Numbered from the stretch's first letter, positions 18,601 to 32,700 are shown. The stretch: DNA of 64,000 nt from Selaginella moellendorffii (GCF_000143415.4 NW_003314309.1:359474-423473), one strand, 5' to 3'. Notes: generated by a model not told the origin, from the letters alone. Translations and numbers: made by a program.

Positions 18601-20649
18601 TGTGCCACTCCCTTATAGTTCATTATATCTAGAGCATGCTCTTGCTAAAGTTAAACACTAAGAGAACTTATTATGGATTGCATCTTTAGTTTGAGAAAAC
18701 AAGGGGCTATTCTCTTCCTCATCTTAGAATTATTCCTCCTTGTCCTTTTTTGCCCTTTTTCATTTCTCCTCATCTTTGATTTGCAAATATTTTTTCCTTA
18801 CAAGTTTTAGGCAACAGCAATATTGCTAATCCAAGCTTTATATTGCAAGAGCTTACAATTTTTCATGGTATTTTTTTCACTCATGCACATAAATTAGGAG
18901 TTGGACTCCAAATTGTTTCATAAAATAAAGGGACTTGGAGTATAGTATTAATTAGGGCAAGGCCTTTGCTTATTTACAAAAATGGATAAACTAAATTGAG
19001 TCTTAATTACTATATAATTAGTGTATATAAGGTTATAACAGTAAGTTATATCATTTGAAACTTCTTGTATTACCATGAGAACTGATGGTGTTGTCAACAC
19101 TAATCATTGGGAGTGGAATGGATCAATTGGCAGCTAAGTTACTGGCACTTGTGGAGTCCCTTTGTCCCAGGAGTATGGGAATGTTTGGTCCCCCCAAGAT
19201 CCTGATGGAGTCTCTTGCAGCCAAGGTTATGAAACTTAAAGCTCTTATAGAATTATTGAAACAACCATAGCAAAAACAAAACCCAAAGGCATGGCACAAA
19301 CATTAACTTTAAAGCCATAACTTGGAACTAAAGGAAAGTGACTTAAAAAACTATTGTAGTTTATAACACATTGGTGTAACAACTAATACCTATCTTTGCA
19401 TCCTCTTTCCAATCAACCTCCAACTTGGGCTCATTACAACTACAAAATATGTCCATACATCTAACAAAAGTTGTGTCTTTTTTTCTTTGGTTATCTTACC
19501 ATCTTCAATAATCTTTCAAAGCTGGTTTATATGTAGATTTATAAGGTTGATTAATTCAGCTGGTTCTAATTAAACTCATATACATTTTTATCACAAATTG
19601 AAACTCATATAAGTTCTATTCTCACTCAAGCAACTTTATCCCAAACTACAATTGTAGTGTGGACTTTGCAAAAAGCTAGGGGTAAAGTCGAAGAGATGTG
19701 ATCTGGAAAGAATGGCATCACATCAATCAGCTCCTTAGGCTCCTTAGCTTCAAGACCTCACAATCCACAACACTATTAATTGAGCAAGGGTTGTTGATGC
19801 ATAAGAGTTCCAAGTCCCTTGCTTGTTACAGTTGGTTGTGGCATAAAAAAATCAAACATTCAACTAGAAATCACTTGATCTAATTTATATATATGCACGA
19901 GTGTGAGAAAGACCGGGGGAATTTCTAGGGATTGAGAGAGCACAATGAGGTACATTTCTTTCCACTTGCTATAAAGCTCTCCCCTCTCATAAATATGATT
20001 GCATGACCACTTCATACAGCAAATTGGTGATCATCTGCAAGATTGTGAATTTCCCTAGATCAACACACTTGTATTTGTCACTACCAAACATAGATCTATA
20101 GAGCGTGTTCTTGGAGATTTAGGAATAAACTAGATGCATGGATTCGTAACATTTCTCTTCTATCTCAAACCTTAAAGTTATTCTTTCTAGGAATTTTTGA
20201 ACTTTTTGTGCCATCTTCATGTTAGGATGTATCACTAGAGTCAAGATCCTTAGAAACTCATTGCATGCAAGTTGTTTTTCTCCCTAGAGATGTGATAGAA
20301 CAAGATCCAATATTTTACATCTATTTCTCTCTTAGTCTTGAGTCTTTTGTTGTGCCATTTGTTTTCTAGGCAAATATTTCATCCTATCTCTCCTTTGGTA
20401 TCAGAAAATCTCATTCCTACCTCATATTAGTGTCACATACAATCATTTTCCCCTATCATATTTTTTTTCTTCTCTCTGTTTGGCTTTTTCATGCTTTATA
20501 CATGACTCTACATTTCAAACACAACAACCATATGCAAGTGACAGCCCAGCACTACATAATGCCTAGGCAACTTGCCATATCATCTAAAGTGCCTTCTCTA
20601 GCTGCCAAACTAGCACTACCAATTTCTTGCCCTCCATCTATGCCTCAAT

Positions 20650-21380
20650 TTTAACGGCTTTTGATACCCTTCAAAAAGTGTTATTTTTCATAAAATGGAA
20701 AACTTTGATTAAGCCTTTTAAAAGAAATGTTGTGATGAAAAAACAATTTCAAAAAGAAAGGTATTTAATGATATCAACCTTCAAAAGAAAGGCAATGTTG
20801 TAAAAAAAATTTAACTTTTGTATGGGTTTTGAACCTTAGACTTATACAAGTAGCACTAAACTCTCATTTTGGGGTTAAATTCTCATGATACCAATAATAA
20901 CAGTAGATTGGGAAGGCCCAAAAAAGACATCAAACAATCAATTTTGGGTAATGTTATTTCCATTTTAAAAATAATTTTTCTAGGGTATTAGATCAAGCCA
21001 AAAAAGGTGGTGGGAGGGGAATGCCATAGTTCAAAAAGGATTGGCAATTAGTTTATCTTTGACTTCTTAGAATTAGTGTTTTGGGGGGTTGTGATAGTCC
21101 AACACTATAGAATGTGAATGAGGTTTTAAAAGGCAAAACAATATTAAAACTAAAAGCTTTCAACATGCTAATGTTCTTCTCACTTTTAGCTCTTGATACT
21201 ATAGATGTAAATTACCAACTTATATTTAATTTTTGGCAAGAAAAACAAAATAGGTGCATCTTGAACTTTGATTGTACTTAAAGGTTATATCAAATAAAAG
21301 CTTGCTTTTGAAACACAAAATATTTTTTAAATTTTCAAGATGAAAGGTAGATCAAAACTAAAATTTTCAAAAGAAAATAA
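20650..21380 (-). mobile_element. Helitron-like RepHel N-terminal relic, part downstream of the LINE
   Basis: Degenerate reads ...FKTSFTFYSVG...PPKTLILRSQ and VDIIKYL...HHN resemble the Helitron YNS.F.FTS.G / GPP.F.I.GQ / L..HNP segments. Continues the zinc finger found on the other side of the LINE. Confidence 0.4.
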
Positions 21381-21885
21381 GGTGTGCCAGGCATGCCTCC
21401 ATCAAATCGACCTTGCGATGCTCTAGGAGCATGATATCGACTACCTTCAGATCAAAACAACTCCCACACACAAGCATCTTTCCACCAAGAGCTCCACGAA
21501 AAGGGGAGAGGGTTGCCACTCATGACTCAATTGCCACCAGTGCTCAACCAACACTCGCCAACACAAGCCTTCCTATGAAGCTACTCCCCACAACCCGACT
21601 TGTACTCAACCTTGGCAAATCTACTAGATGTAGACCACACCAATGGCAACATTGCCTTTCCCTCCAAAGATTCATGCCCACCTTCTTAACCCCTAGCTTA
21701 GTGATAGTGGCCAACCTTACTCAACATGGATTGCCTACTTGTACAAAGGAGCCATTGGTTTGGTGATTGTGAGGACAAGTAGTAGTGCCCACTCCATGAG
21801 CAACATGCCCACCAAGCCAATCCTCCCCCAAGGCAAGCATATGAGAGAGTGCCATAGCAATCTCTGCCCACCTGATGCTCCTTCA
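21381..21885 (+). mobile_element. LINE (non-LTR retrotransposon) 5' part / ORF1 region
   Basis: Abrupt switch to C/A-rich composition at 21381; the same composition resumes at 29717 beyond the LTR element TSD. Confidence 0.6.
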
Positions 21886-22889
21886 TGTAAGCGACTAAAT
21901 TTTCCATTCTACTTTAGTCACTTAACCACACCTCTGACCACTTGGAGGAGTCTCATTCACAACCTCCATAAGTCCAATCCAGGACTTGGGGCTTGCTAGC
22001 CCCGAGAATGGCATCCATGCCACTCAACATTTGCACTTGGTCCAAGTGCTCCACGTGTCCGATCCCATGACCGACACTCAAAGGTACCACCGACATAGCA
22101 GCCCGTTACGCTAAGGCCATGCCCAATCACCTTTGCCACACTGGTAGTCCAATACCACTTGCATCACCGTCTTGGCTCTCCAAGACTAGGCAAACCATCC
22201 GTGAGTGGTCATCTCAGATCCACTCCTTAGCATCCTTAGGATGCCCACCGACAAGGGGAATAGCCTTCCCCAATATCCCTCTGTCATTCCCCACTAAGTC
22301 CCTTTCTGCCCCTGGCTGTGTTTGCCAACACTGCCATTGGATCGAGACCCACAGGCTCGACCACTAAGTCCCACGGTCCTCTGGGACTTCCTCACCACAC
22401 GACTGTGTCCTTGGTCACTACCCCAGAGGACTGCTCCTCTTCCTTTCCACAGTCTGGGCCTTTGGGACAACATTTCGGAACACCGTGGCCTTACGCAAGC
22501 CACCTGGGTACTCTCCTCGCCTTTCGCCTTTAGGTGCTCTAGCCATGGGCTTAGAGCGAGGTTCCGTTGAGCCACAACAGGTGTCCAAGTAGGTAGTGCC
22601 ACCCACACTTGGACTGGGAGCATCGGCCAGTCGATCTCCCGGGGGAACTAGAGCCGGCTCTCGAACACTTCACCAAGCTACCCCACTTGTCGGTCCGTGT
22701 TCACTCTAGTCTTGGACTTCCCAATGGGCAGCTCATCACCCAACACTGGGTCCGGCCTTCCTGGGCCAAACTGGCCTTTCCTGGCCAAACTGGCTCCACT
22801 GCAGTCCTCCCCCTACTATACTTTTGGAGCTCACCAAACCCCCCAGGGTCTGGGAGACGAACGCTTTGGGCTTTCACCCTCTCAGGCTC

Positions 22890-23517
22890 CGGACTCGGAC
22901 TCGGACTCGGACTCGGACTCGGACTCGGACTCGGACTCGGATTCGGACTCAGACTCGGGCTCGGGCTCGGTCTCAGCCTCGGCCTCGGTCTCGGTCTCGG
23001 TCCCGATCTCGGTCTCGGTCTCGGTCTCGGTCCCGGTCTCGGTCTTGGTCTCGACTTCGGACTCCATCTCGGACTCCATCTCGGACTCCGTCTCGGACTC
23101 CATCTCGGGTCCATCTCGGGTCCATCTCGGACTCCATCTCGGACTCCATCTCGGGTCCATCTCGGACTCCATCTCGGACTCCATCTCGGACTCCATCTCG
23201 GACTCCATTTCGGGTCCATCTCGGGTCCACCTTGGACTCCATCTCGGACTCCATCTCGGGTCCATCTCGGACTCCACTTCGGACTCCAACTCGGACTCCA
23301 TCTCGGGTCCATCTCGGACTCCACTTCGGACTCCAACTCGGACTCCATCTCGGGTCCATCTCGGGTCCATCTCGGACTCCACTTCGGACTCCAACTCGGG
23401 TCCATCTCGGACTCCACTTCGGACTCCAACTCGGGTCCATCTCGGACTCCACTTCGGACTCCAACTCGGGTCCATCTCGGACTCCACTTCGGACTCCAAC
23501 TCGAGTCCATCTCGGAC
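22890..23517. repeat. Tandem array inside the left LTR: (GGACTC)n, (GGTCTC)n, then 12/11-mers and a 35-bp higher-order unit
   Basis: Directly visible: ggactccatctc, gggtccatctc and ggactccacttc-ggactccaactc-gggtccatctc. Confidence 0.95.
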
Positions 23518-26500
23518 ACTCCCACGTGTCATGTGTTGGTCCTTTTGGGTCCCTTTTTGGAGCCTTGCCTTTTGCTCGCTTCGTGCTCGTTCCTCGAGCA
23601 CTTCATTGGGAGTTCCACTCCCGCTCTTGACTTTTCAAGTCGGAGCTTTTGGTCCAAACGTGTTACGCTCGTTTGGCTCTCGCTTCGGCCACTACCATGT
23701 GGCGCCCTTCCAGCTCCACTTTGGGGCCTAGGGATTTTGTGTCTCACAACTCCACCACCCATAGACGAAGTTCGATGTCCTCATCGAACGGTAAACCATT
23801 TTGTAAAGTAACACTCGCGTGTGTTACCATTTCCATCCTTGGCACTTAGCCAATATTTGTCAATGGTTTGACATTGAAGGCTCACCATGCCTTTTGCATA
23901 GGCCTCCATGGTTTGACACCAAAGGCTCACCATGCCTTGCCTATCCTCTAAGGAGGGTAGTCTCTCCAACTTAGAGATTGATTGGACCACATGTAGTGGT
24001 TCTCTCCTTTTATTGGTTTAGTCCTCGCTAAACCTCTTAGAGACCCTTCTCTAAGTCAATCCCACTACTCCTTCTCGAGTAGCCTCGATTTCCATCGATA
24101 TAACCTTTGCACTTTGGAACTTTGAAATTTGACTTCTTGGAGTCAATTTCCTAGGTGTCTCCGACACCTTGCCTTGCACCTTTTTGTGCAACTCCACTTC
24201 CCATCCTAGGAAGTTCTCTACTCGAGGGCACCATCATCCTCTCTTCTATTTCGTGCCAAAGTTCCAGTTATCATACTTTGTGCTAGGGCTGTTCATGGCC
24301 CTATCATTTGGCTACCTTACCGCTCCCTCCTTTGGAGCTTCCACTTTCGCCAAATCGGAGCATTTCGGAATCCCTCCTTGGAAACACACTTCCTTTCCCG
24401 CAACTTGTTAGCGTCCAACACATTAGTGTTCCTCGCCTAACTTTGTCACTTGGATTCCTTCCAAGGGATTCCACGGCCTTATCTTGGCCACTCATCTTTT
24501 GCTCCTATCCGTTGATTGTTGCACCAAGCAACATCGAATCTCTACCTCCCTTCTTGAGGTATTGTTTCGGTTCCATAGCAAAGACTCTTCTTTGCCAAGT
24601 CCGGAGGATGTTCACCCCTAGTACGTCTCTTTAGCATCTTCTGCTATGGGCTCTATCCACGGCCCAACTTCGTGACCCTCCCATGGGTCTTTTATAGAGA
24701 CTACTTTCCTCGGACTCACTATGCCATCGCACGGACATAGTTTATTTCCCTTAGGTGCTCTTCCCACTTGGTCATCACGACCAAGTCACACCACCTTAAA
24801 TAGTTCAATTTCAACATTTTGAACTAGGAACTTCATTCCTTAGCCAACCAAGGACCTTGTCCTTATCTGGCCATAAGATCACCTAGTGATCTCACCTTGG
24901 CACCTTAACAGAGCTGCCAAGAGGTACTTGGTCTTCTAGACCTCCAAGTTGTTGACTATAACCCCGGGGGCATCCCCCACACTTGGCGGTGCACCCAAGC
25001 CAGCCCTTACGGCCAAGGGTTCATAGCAACTGAGATTAGGTGTCCCCATCTCACTCACCACGACCTTGGTGCCACTTGCACCAAAGCGTTCAAGTTAGAT
25101 ATGCTGAGCTTTCACACTAAGCAATCTAACCGTGCATCACGACTCCGAGGCATCCCTCGCTTGGCGGTGTGCCCAAACCAGTCTCCCCACTGAGAGTCCA
25201 TGACCACCGAAATATGAGTGTCCTCATATTCCAAACCATCACCACGCCCTAGTGATTTGGGACTCGAACCCAAGCACTAGAGGGTCGGGACTCGAACCCA
25301 ACCTCCGTATATGCATCTACGGACGGCATCACACAAGATGCCTGGCGTGACTCCCCACGCCGGTGCACCAACTTATTTTTAAAGCGCGCTACAGATCACA
25401 GTTTAGGAACCTAGTTCCTCCACACTGCCAAGTCCTCTCACTTGACATGTCTGTGATCATGCATGGACTCCTCCATGCTCGGCCCCATGGCCCACCCTTT
25501 TTGAAGTTATCACCTTCAACTAGGGTATTTGTTCCCCTGACGTGCCAATCTCGCTTGGCAAGTCCTCCGACCACTGTAACATGGTTCCTGCATAAGCGTG
25601 AAAGTCCTTGACCATCGACTTTCGTTCAAAGCCCTCTCTTTGAACACTCGGGAACTACTTCCCTAACCTTGATAGCCTTGCCTCATGGCAAGCTTCAAGA
25701 CCACGCTTCTGCTGCGCCACTCTGATTTCGCGCGTTCCATGAACCATTTACACTTGGCCTTTCTAGGTACTAAGCTACCTAGAATCGTCTTTGGGAACTT
25801 TGAAGGAACTCTGTCCCTCAGCTTGCTAAGGCCTCCCTTTTTGCAAGCCTTCCAAATGCCACATAGTCTAACATGGACAATTCCATATTTTAGACTCTCC
25901 ATGGCATCACGGTTGCTAGCGGCAACACCCTCGAGCCCCCCACTTGATTCTCCACTCCCAGCTGGCATAACCAACCTTGGTTATCCCCTTTGATTCCTAC
26001 GGTTCGGTTCTATCCCCTTACTTCTTGCTTTTTGGCTTTACACCTTTCCTTTGGTCATTCTCCTCCAGACCAGGAGGATAGCTTTGCACTTTCTATCATG
26101 CTTTAGCAAGTATTCTTAGGGATGAACCTACCCAATAGCCTAGGGAGGGGTTCCTCAATCCGGGTATGCTCACCTTATAATGCCACACACTGGGATTACA
26201 TTGTTGCTTATGGGCCTTTGCATGCCCATCACTAGCCTTGCCAAAATTCCATTTTTGGCTTTGTCCAACTCGGGTAGACAGTCCTCTTCTGTCTCCGTAA
26301 CCTTGGACATTTGGATAGCACCTTCTATCCATCATTCGCTAGGGACTTAGTCCCTTGGGCTTTATCCATTGCCCTCGCGACATCAAACACCACCTTCTGG
26401 TGTTTTAGAGTGTTTGGGTGTCCCAATGATGGCTTTTTTGACAATGAGTATTTCCTTTTATGACATTGACTTACTATATCGCAACACAGGCAACTTATCC

Positions 26501-27833
26501 CCCGTAAGGGTGTATCCGACTTCCCTATGCTATTAAGAAGTCTTGGGTAGCTACCTTCTACCCGTTCAACCAGCTATTTTGCACCTCTTGCTTAGTTGCC
26601 TCATAGTTGTCAAGTCCTACAACTCATTGTTTGGTGCTTTCACACCTCCATCATTATCTGGGTCACCACACTCCAACTGCATGCTCTGCAGCTTAGGCTA
26701 TGCCATTCCCATTTCCATTGGGATTCCTTTGGCAAGGGGTTCTCATGAACCCACCAACATAGCCTCAAGGTATCACACCTTGGCACATTTGGTGTCTCCA
26801 CACCATCGGCTCCACGAGCCTACCTCTATGACACTTCCCCTTCGTGTTTATGTCTTTGCCAAGACCAACACCGCTCTTTCTCATGCCAACCATCCGTTAG
26901 CACTGCACCATAGAGGTCACACACAACTTTATGTCAAAGTTGTTTTCTTCTGGGAACACCTTTCCCATAACTTTAGCATGGCACATTTTGCCATCGATGA
27001 GATACCCTCTGTTCTCATCCTTGGATCCTATGATCCCCCCCCCATCCTTTGTGGGGTACAACACACCACAGTCCAAATGCTTCCATCAGTCCTTTTAGGA
27101 CCATCCGTTGACTCTACTTGAGTCATCCAGCAGTTTTGGACTTGGTTAATCCACAGACCCGTAAGGTCCTACTTGTGAGGCACTAGCTCACTGGAATACA
27201 CTTCTTGCATTCCTGTCCTACTCAAAAGGACTATTTTCACAAGTGTTACTCCGACACTTGATTTTGTTCTCTGGAGGCAACTTTTGCCCCTTAGGACTAC
27301 TTGTCCATGCGATGAGAATACCACTCATCTCTAAGTACACCCCCCAACTCCTTGGGTTGTTCCAGCATTTATTAAAGGTAGCCCCGGCTACCATTTCAAG
27401 GACTTGAGTCCTCTTCCGTATTTGACCTCCCACGGTCATTACCTCTGGTCTCACATTCATGAGCACCAACCTCAACTATATGAGGATAATCTTGTGACTC
27501 CTTTATTGTTTTGGAGTCTCTATCTTTCCCGTGATCCCAACTTTAGTTGTTTACCACAACAACCTTAGCCAATTTGCTGAGACAAATGCTCATCCGGATC
27601 ACATCCTCAACTCAATGAGGAAAACCTTGCACTGTTCCCAAGATCCCAAAGTCGTTCCATTATTGGCCCTTTTCTATCCACCACCTCGTCTACAAGTTCA
27701 CACATGAACTGTAATGGGGAGCCATGTCTTCCCGACTTGCTACTCCTCAAGGATAGGCCCACTCCTCGGACCTTCCGATGCCAACACTAGTGGTGATATA
27801 CTTGAGCACCAATAAAAGTCGGACTAAGGAACA

Positions 27834-27845
27834 GCTCCGATACCA
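27834..27845 (-). promoter_or_regulatory. Primer-binding site complementary to the tRNA-iMet 3' end
   Basis: Plus strand gctccgatacca = minus strand TGGTATCGGAGC, one mismatch to the canonical TGGTATCAGAGC, 3 bp from the LTR end. Confidence 0.85.
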
Positions 27846-28852
27846 AGTTGTAAGCGACTAAATTTTCCATTCTACTTTAGTCACTTAACCACACCTCTGA
27901 CCACTTGGAGGAGTCTCATTCACAACCTCCATAAGTCCAATCCAGGACTTGGGGCTTGCTAGCCCCGAGAATGGCATCCATGCCACTCAACATTTGCACT
28001 TGGTCCAAGTGCTCCACGTGTCCGATCCCATGACCGACACTCAAAGGTACCACCGACATAGCAGCCCGTTACGCTAAGGCCATGCCCAATCACCTTTGCC
28101 ACACTGGTAGTCCAATACCACTTGCATCACCGTCTTGGCTCTCCAAGACTAGGCAAACCATCCGTGAGTGGTCATCTCAGATCCACTCCTTAGCATCCTT
28201 AGGATGCCCACCGACAGTGGGAATAGCCTTCCCCAATATCCCTCTGTCATTCCCCACTAAGTCCCTTTCTGCCCCTGGCTGTGTTTGCCAACACTGCCAT
28301 TGGATCGAGACCCACAGGCTCGACCACTAAGTCCCACGGTCCTCTGGGACTTCCTCACCACACGACTGTGTCCTTGGTCACTACCCCAGAGGACTGCTCC
28401 TCTTCCTTTCCACAGTCTGGGCCTTTGGGACAACATTTCGGAACACCGTGGCCTTACGCAAGCCACCTGGGTACTCTCCTCGCCTTTCGCCTTTAGGTGC
28501 TCTAGCCATGGGCTTAGAGCGAGGTTCCGTTGAGCCACAACAGGTGTCCAAGTAGGTAGTGCCACCCACACTTGGACTGGGAGCATCGGCCAGTCGATCT
28601 CCCGGGGGAACTAGAGCCGGCTCTCGAACACTTCACCAAGCTACCCCACTTGTCGGTCCGTGTTCACTCTAGTCTTGGACTTCCCAATGGGCAGCTCATC
28701 ACCCAACACTGGGTCCGGCCTTCCTGGGCCAAACTGGCCTTTCCTGGCCAAACTGGCTCCACTGCAGTCCTCCCCCTACTATACTTTTGGAGCTCACCAA
28801 ACCCCCCAGGGTCTGGGAGACGAACGCTTTGGGCTTTCACCCTCTCAGGCTC

Positions 28853-29480
28853 CGGACTCGGACTCGGACTCGGACTCGGACTCGGACTCGGACTCGGACT
28901 CGGATTCGGACTCAGACTCGGGCTCGGGCTCGGTCTCAGCCTCGGCCTCGGTCTCGGTCTCGGTCCCGATCTCGGTCTCGGTCTCGGTCTCGGTCCCGGT
29001 CTCGGTCTTGGTCTCGACTTCGGACTCCATCTCGGACTCCATCTCGGACTCCGTCTCGGACTCCATCTCGGGTCCATCTCGGGTCCATCTCGGACTCCAT
29101 CTCGGACTCCATCTCGGGTCCATCTCGGACTCCATCTCGGACTCCATCTCGGACTCCATCTCGGACTCCATTTCGGGTCCATCTCGGGTCCACCTCGGAC
29201 TCCATCTCGGACTCCATCTCGGGTCCATCTCGGACTCCACTTCGGACTCCAACTCGGACTCCATCTCGGGTCCATCTCGGACTCCACTTCGGACTCCAAC
29301 TCGGACTCCATCTCGGGTCCATCTCGGGTCCATCTCGGACTCCACTTCGGACTCCAACTCGGGTCCATCTCGGACTCCACTTCGGACTCCAACTCGGGTC
29401 CATCTCGGACTCCACTTCGGACTCCAACTCGGGTCCATCTCGGACTCCACTTCGGACTCCAACTCGAGTCCATCTCGGAC
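28853..29480. repeat. Second copy of the LTR-internal tandem array
   Basis: Same array offset by 5963 bp; one visible difference (cttgga vs ctcgga). Confidence 0.95.
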
Positions 29481-29716
29481 ACTCCCACGTGTCATGTGTT
29501 GGTCCTTTTGGGTCCCTTTTTGGAGCCTTGCCTTTTGCTCGCTTCGTGCTCGTTCCTCGAGCACTTCATTGGGAGTTCCACTCCCGCTCTTGACTTTTCA
29601 AGTCGGAGCTTTTGGTCCAAACGTGTTACGCTCGTTTGGCTCTCGCTTCGGCCACTACCATGTGGCGCCCTTCCAGCTCCACTTTGGGGCCTAGGGATTT
29701 TGTGTCTCACACTTCA

Positions 29717-32700
29717 GTGACAGCTTGTGGATCTTGCCCGCTAAGCATGTTGCTCATGACTTTGGTGGATGCCCAACACATGGCAATCTGCCAAGGCCAC
29801 CACCACACCCACCACTGTTGCTAGCATTTCCAAGACCTTTGCCACAAGGACCAAACATGGCCACCATACCATATGCAATGGTAAAAGCAGTGCTCTCGGC
29901 AATAGCTGATGACACCCACGTACTTAATGATGCAATCATTTTATTCGCAGCCCAAATGATCTGGCAACCCAGAGAGCACCACAAGGAGGCACCAGCTTAG
30001 GTGCAACCAACTCCCCCAAAGATGGTTGGTGGTGTGGCTGCACTAGTGAGGAGGTCATGGCTCTAGTGCAGAGCCACACATATGCTGCCACCCACTGAGT
30101 GCCAATACTCATGCCACCCCTGCTACAAGGTGAACAACAAGCTTAATTAGGAATAAAGGATGATGAGATGACCACCCTTGGCTCTAGCAACATCCTGCAC
30201 TACCCCTTTGGAAACTAGTAGGGCACATCCCAATGGTAGCTCCTCATCCATGTCAACTATAAAGACTTTCAGTTTGCCCAAGCTTTACCATAGTTCAAGA
30301 ATCTTGTACTTGCCACCTTCAAATACCAAGACTTCTACCTCCAGCCAATGGAACATCAGACATCTTCTACATCATGCTCAAAGAGGAGGGACACTACAGG
30401 GCCCTCCTTGGCCAAGGGTGCTTCCAATACAAGGACCACCTCGCATATGCACAAAGCACCTCATCTACAAACAAAGCACACCTTTGTCACTTTCACGCCT
30501 GTTGTGCCCTCCCACACCTCAATATCACCAAGTGGAATGATGCTACTATATAGGAGATCTTCCACTCAATTGACAACTTCATCCAAATTGATCACAAAAC
30601 ATGGCAGGAAACATGTGAAGTTAGAGTTGAGCAGCCATTACTCTTGGAAGTCCCCACGGGTGAAATAAACCAGCCAACCACCAAAGTCTAGTATTTCAAC
30701 ATCCCCCAAGTGAAAGATATCACCCACACAATGGCACAACCCTAGTCTTCAATATTGCTAGTCAAATGACCACACCACCCCAACAACAACCCATAGCATC
30801 AAGTGGGAGCTCCCCCCTCTGGCCCCACCCCACGATGGAGAAACCCAAAGCTAGCTCCCCACTAGTGCAAGAAGGCCTTATGGAAACAATGTTACATGAA
30901 TTGACAGAATTGGTTGAATGCTAGAAGATGACCATCTCCGAACTTCATGCTAAACATAAGTTACATTTGGTAGAGAAACACAGAAGGGATGCACACCCCA
31001 AGGACCAAGTAACTACCAACAGTCTAGGGCTTCTTAAGGCCGTCCCCACACCCATGGGTGGAGTGGCAGCCTCAACCAATGCAATAGCCACAAACTTGCC
31101 TAGTGAAGGCTATGTAGTAGGATGCGGCTGTAGAAGGCCCCTTGGAAGAATAAACAAGACAAAAGTGGCACCACTGGCCTCAACCAGTGGAATTGTTGAG
31201 CAGCTCCCACCCAAACGGCTATATAAAGCACTTAAGAAGAAGGGTGAAGACTCAATAAATGGCCAATTGATGCTACTAAAGGACTCTAAGACCTCAAACC
31301 CATTACTCATCGAGCATAAGACTTTATCAACACCATAGGAGCACAAGTCCACATGAATAAACACCAGGAATGATGACCTCAACACACCACTACCAATGTT
31401 TCCACTACCAACAATGTAAGATGCAATCAACAAAATCCAAGCTAAAATCTAGCTGGGACAACCAGACCATGTTATCCCCTTGTCACAAGAATCTCAAATC
31501 GGCTATGTGGAACCTCCTCAACACCAAATTGCCCTCTTAACAAAACTCTACTAATGGCCTTGTGAGCACTACATTAGCACTTGAATGCATTGCCATGCAT
31601 CTTAATGGCTAAAAGACCCCAAACCCCCATTGTCAAGACCCCTACAGCTATATAGATTCTATATAACAACCAACCACCCAATCACCAGCACTTTTGTTTT
31701 TGCACTCCCCTTGGGGGGTTATCACAAGTTTTTCTTTTGAGAATCACCTCATTACCATGCAAGCTCCTCAACTATTTATAAAAGAAATCTTTATCATTGT
31801 CTGCAACAAGAAGTTCTTCTAATAGTCTACATCTTTCAACCCCTAATATGTGATAACCTTCAACCCCCACAAAGGAAATACGGCACAACCATGCCCAAAC
31901 AAAAATGCAAAAGGGTGCCCCCACTCGATTAGAACACATGAATCTTGATTGGAGCATGGAATGTTTGAGGGCTGATAATGGATCATGGCACTGGATTAAG
32001 CAGAATTAGCAAGTATGACATCACGATCCTTAGTGAGACATGGGAGAGTCCAACAGCCCATCCCCCACAATACCTTGGGTACATCACATACTCCACATTT
32101 AATATGCATATAGAGGGGACTTGCATATATGTCAAGCACGCCATACACCACTTGGTCCAAGACATCATCGGTGCCCCTATTGCAAACTTCATTGCACTGA
32201 GGCTTCAATTGAACACCACTGAATAATTGATTGTTGTTGGCTGCTACTCCTCACCATCCACAATGTCAATGACAGTCACCTCTTTGATCATTTGGGCATG
32301 ATTGAATTGTGGCACACAAAAGCTACAATTATGATGCTTGGAGATTTCAACGCACAAACGGGATCAAGCCAAGCTTTGGTCAAGCAAGGAGGTGATTTGA
32401 TTGAAGCACCAAGTGACTTTCAATGCACGTATACAAACGACAAGAAAATCCTCCCAAGTGGTGTCAAACTTCTCAACTTCTACATAGCAATGCAGTTGCT
32501 CATCATAAATGGCACTAAATATTGGCCACCCACAAGGGAACACACATGCATGATGTGGAATGGCACTAGCACCAATGACTATGCCTTTATCTCACAAGTT
32601 GCAATTGACACCATAGCCGACTACCACCTCCAGCACTTTCTTGATTCCAAGATCTCAAACCACCACCCACTCAACATCTCACTACTAGTCCAAAGTGGCA

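Larger units (their letters stand above)
21886..29711 (-). mobile_element. Young non-autonomous LTR retrotransposon (LARD-like), 7826 bp
   Basis: Two 1863-bp TG...CA LTRs (21886-23748 and 27849-29711) that are nearly identical. 5-bp TSD CTTCA at 21881-85 and 29712-16. Minus-strand PBS TGGTATCGGAGC (tRNA-iMet-like) beside the right LTR and purine-rich GGGTGGTGGAG beside the left LTR. The 4.1-kb interior has no RT or integrase ORF. Confidence 0.95.

Noticed and set aside
19085-20450. Possible hAT dimerisation remnant (KIKHSTRNHL) and a PBS-like TGGTATCAGA at ~20396
   Set aside because: Matches are too short and lack supporting context such as an adjacent LTR CA end or other transposase motifs.
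22890-23517. CRISPR-like array
   Set aside because: No unique spacers, no cas genes, and a eukaryotic LTR context.
22609-23811. Six overlapping 160-400 aa ORFs (GL, SD, RT and SE repeats), repeated at 28572-29720
   Set aside because: The repeat units lack stop triplets in almost every frame, so open frames are a by-product. They lie in LTRs and have no domain similarity.
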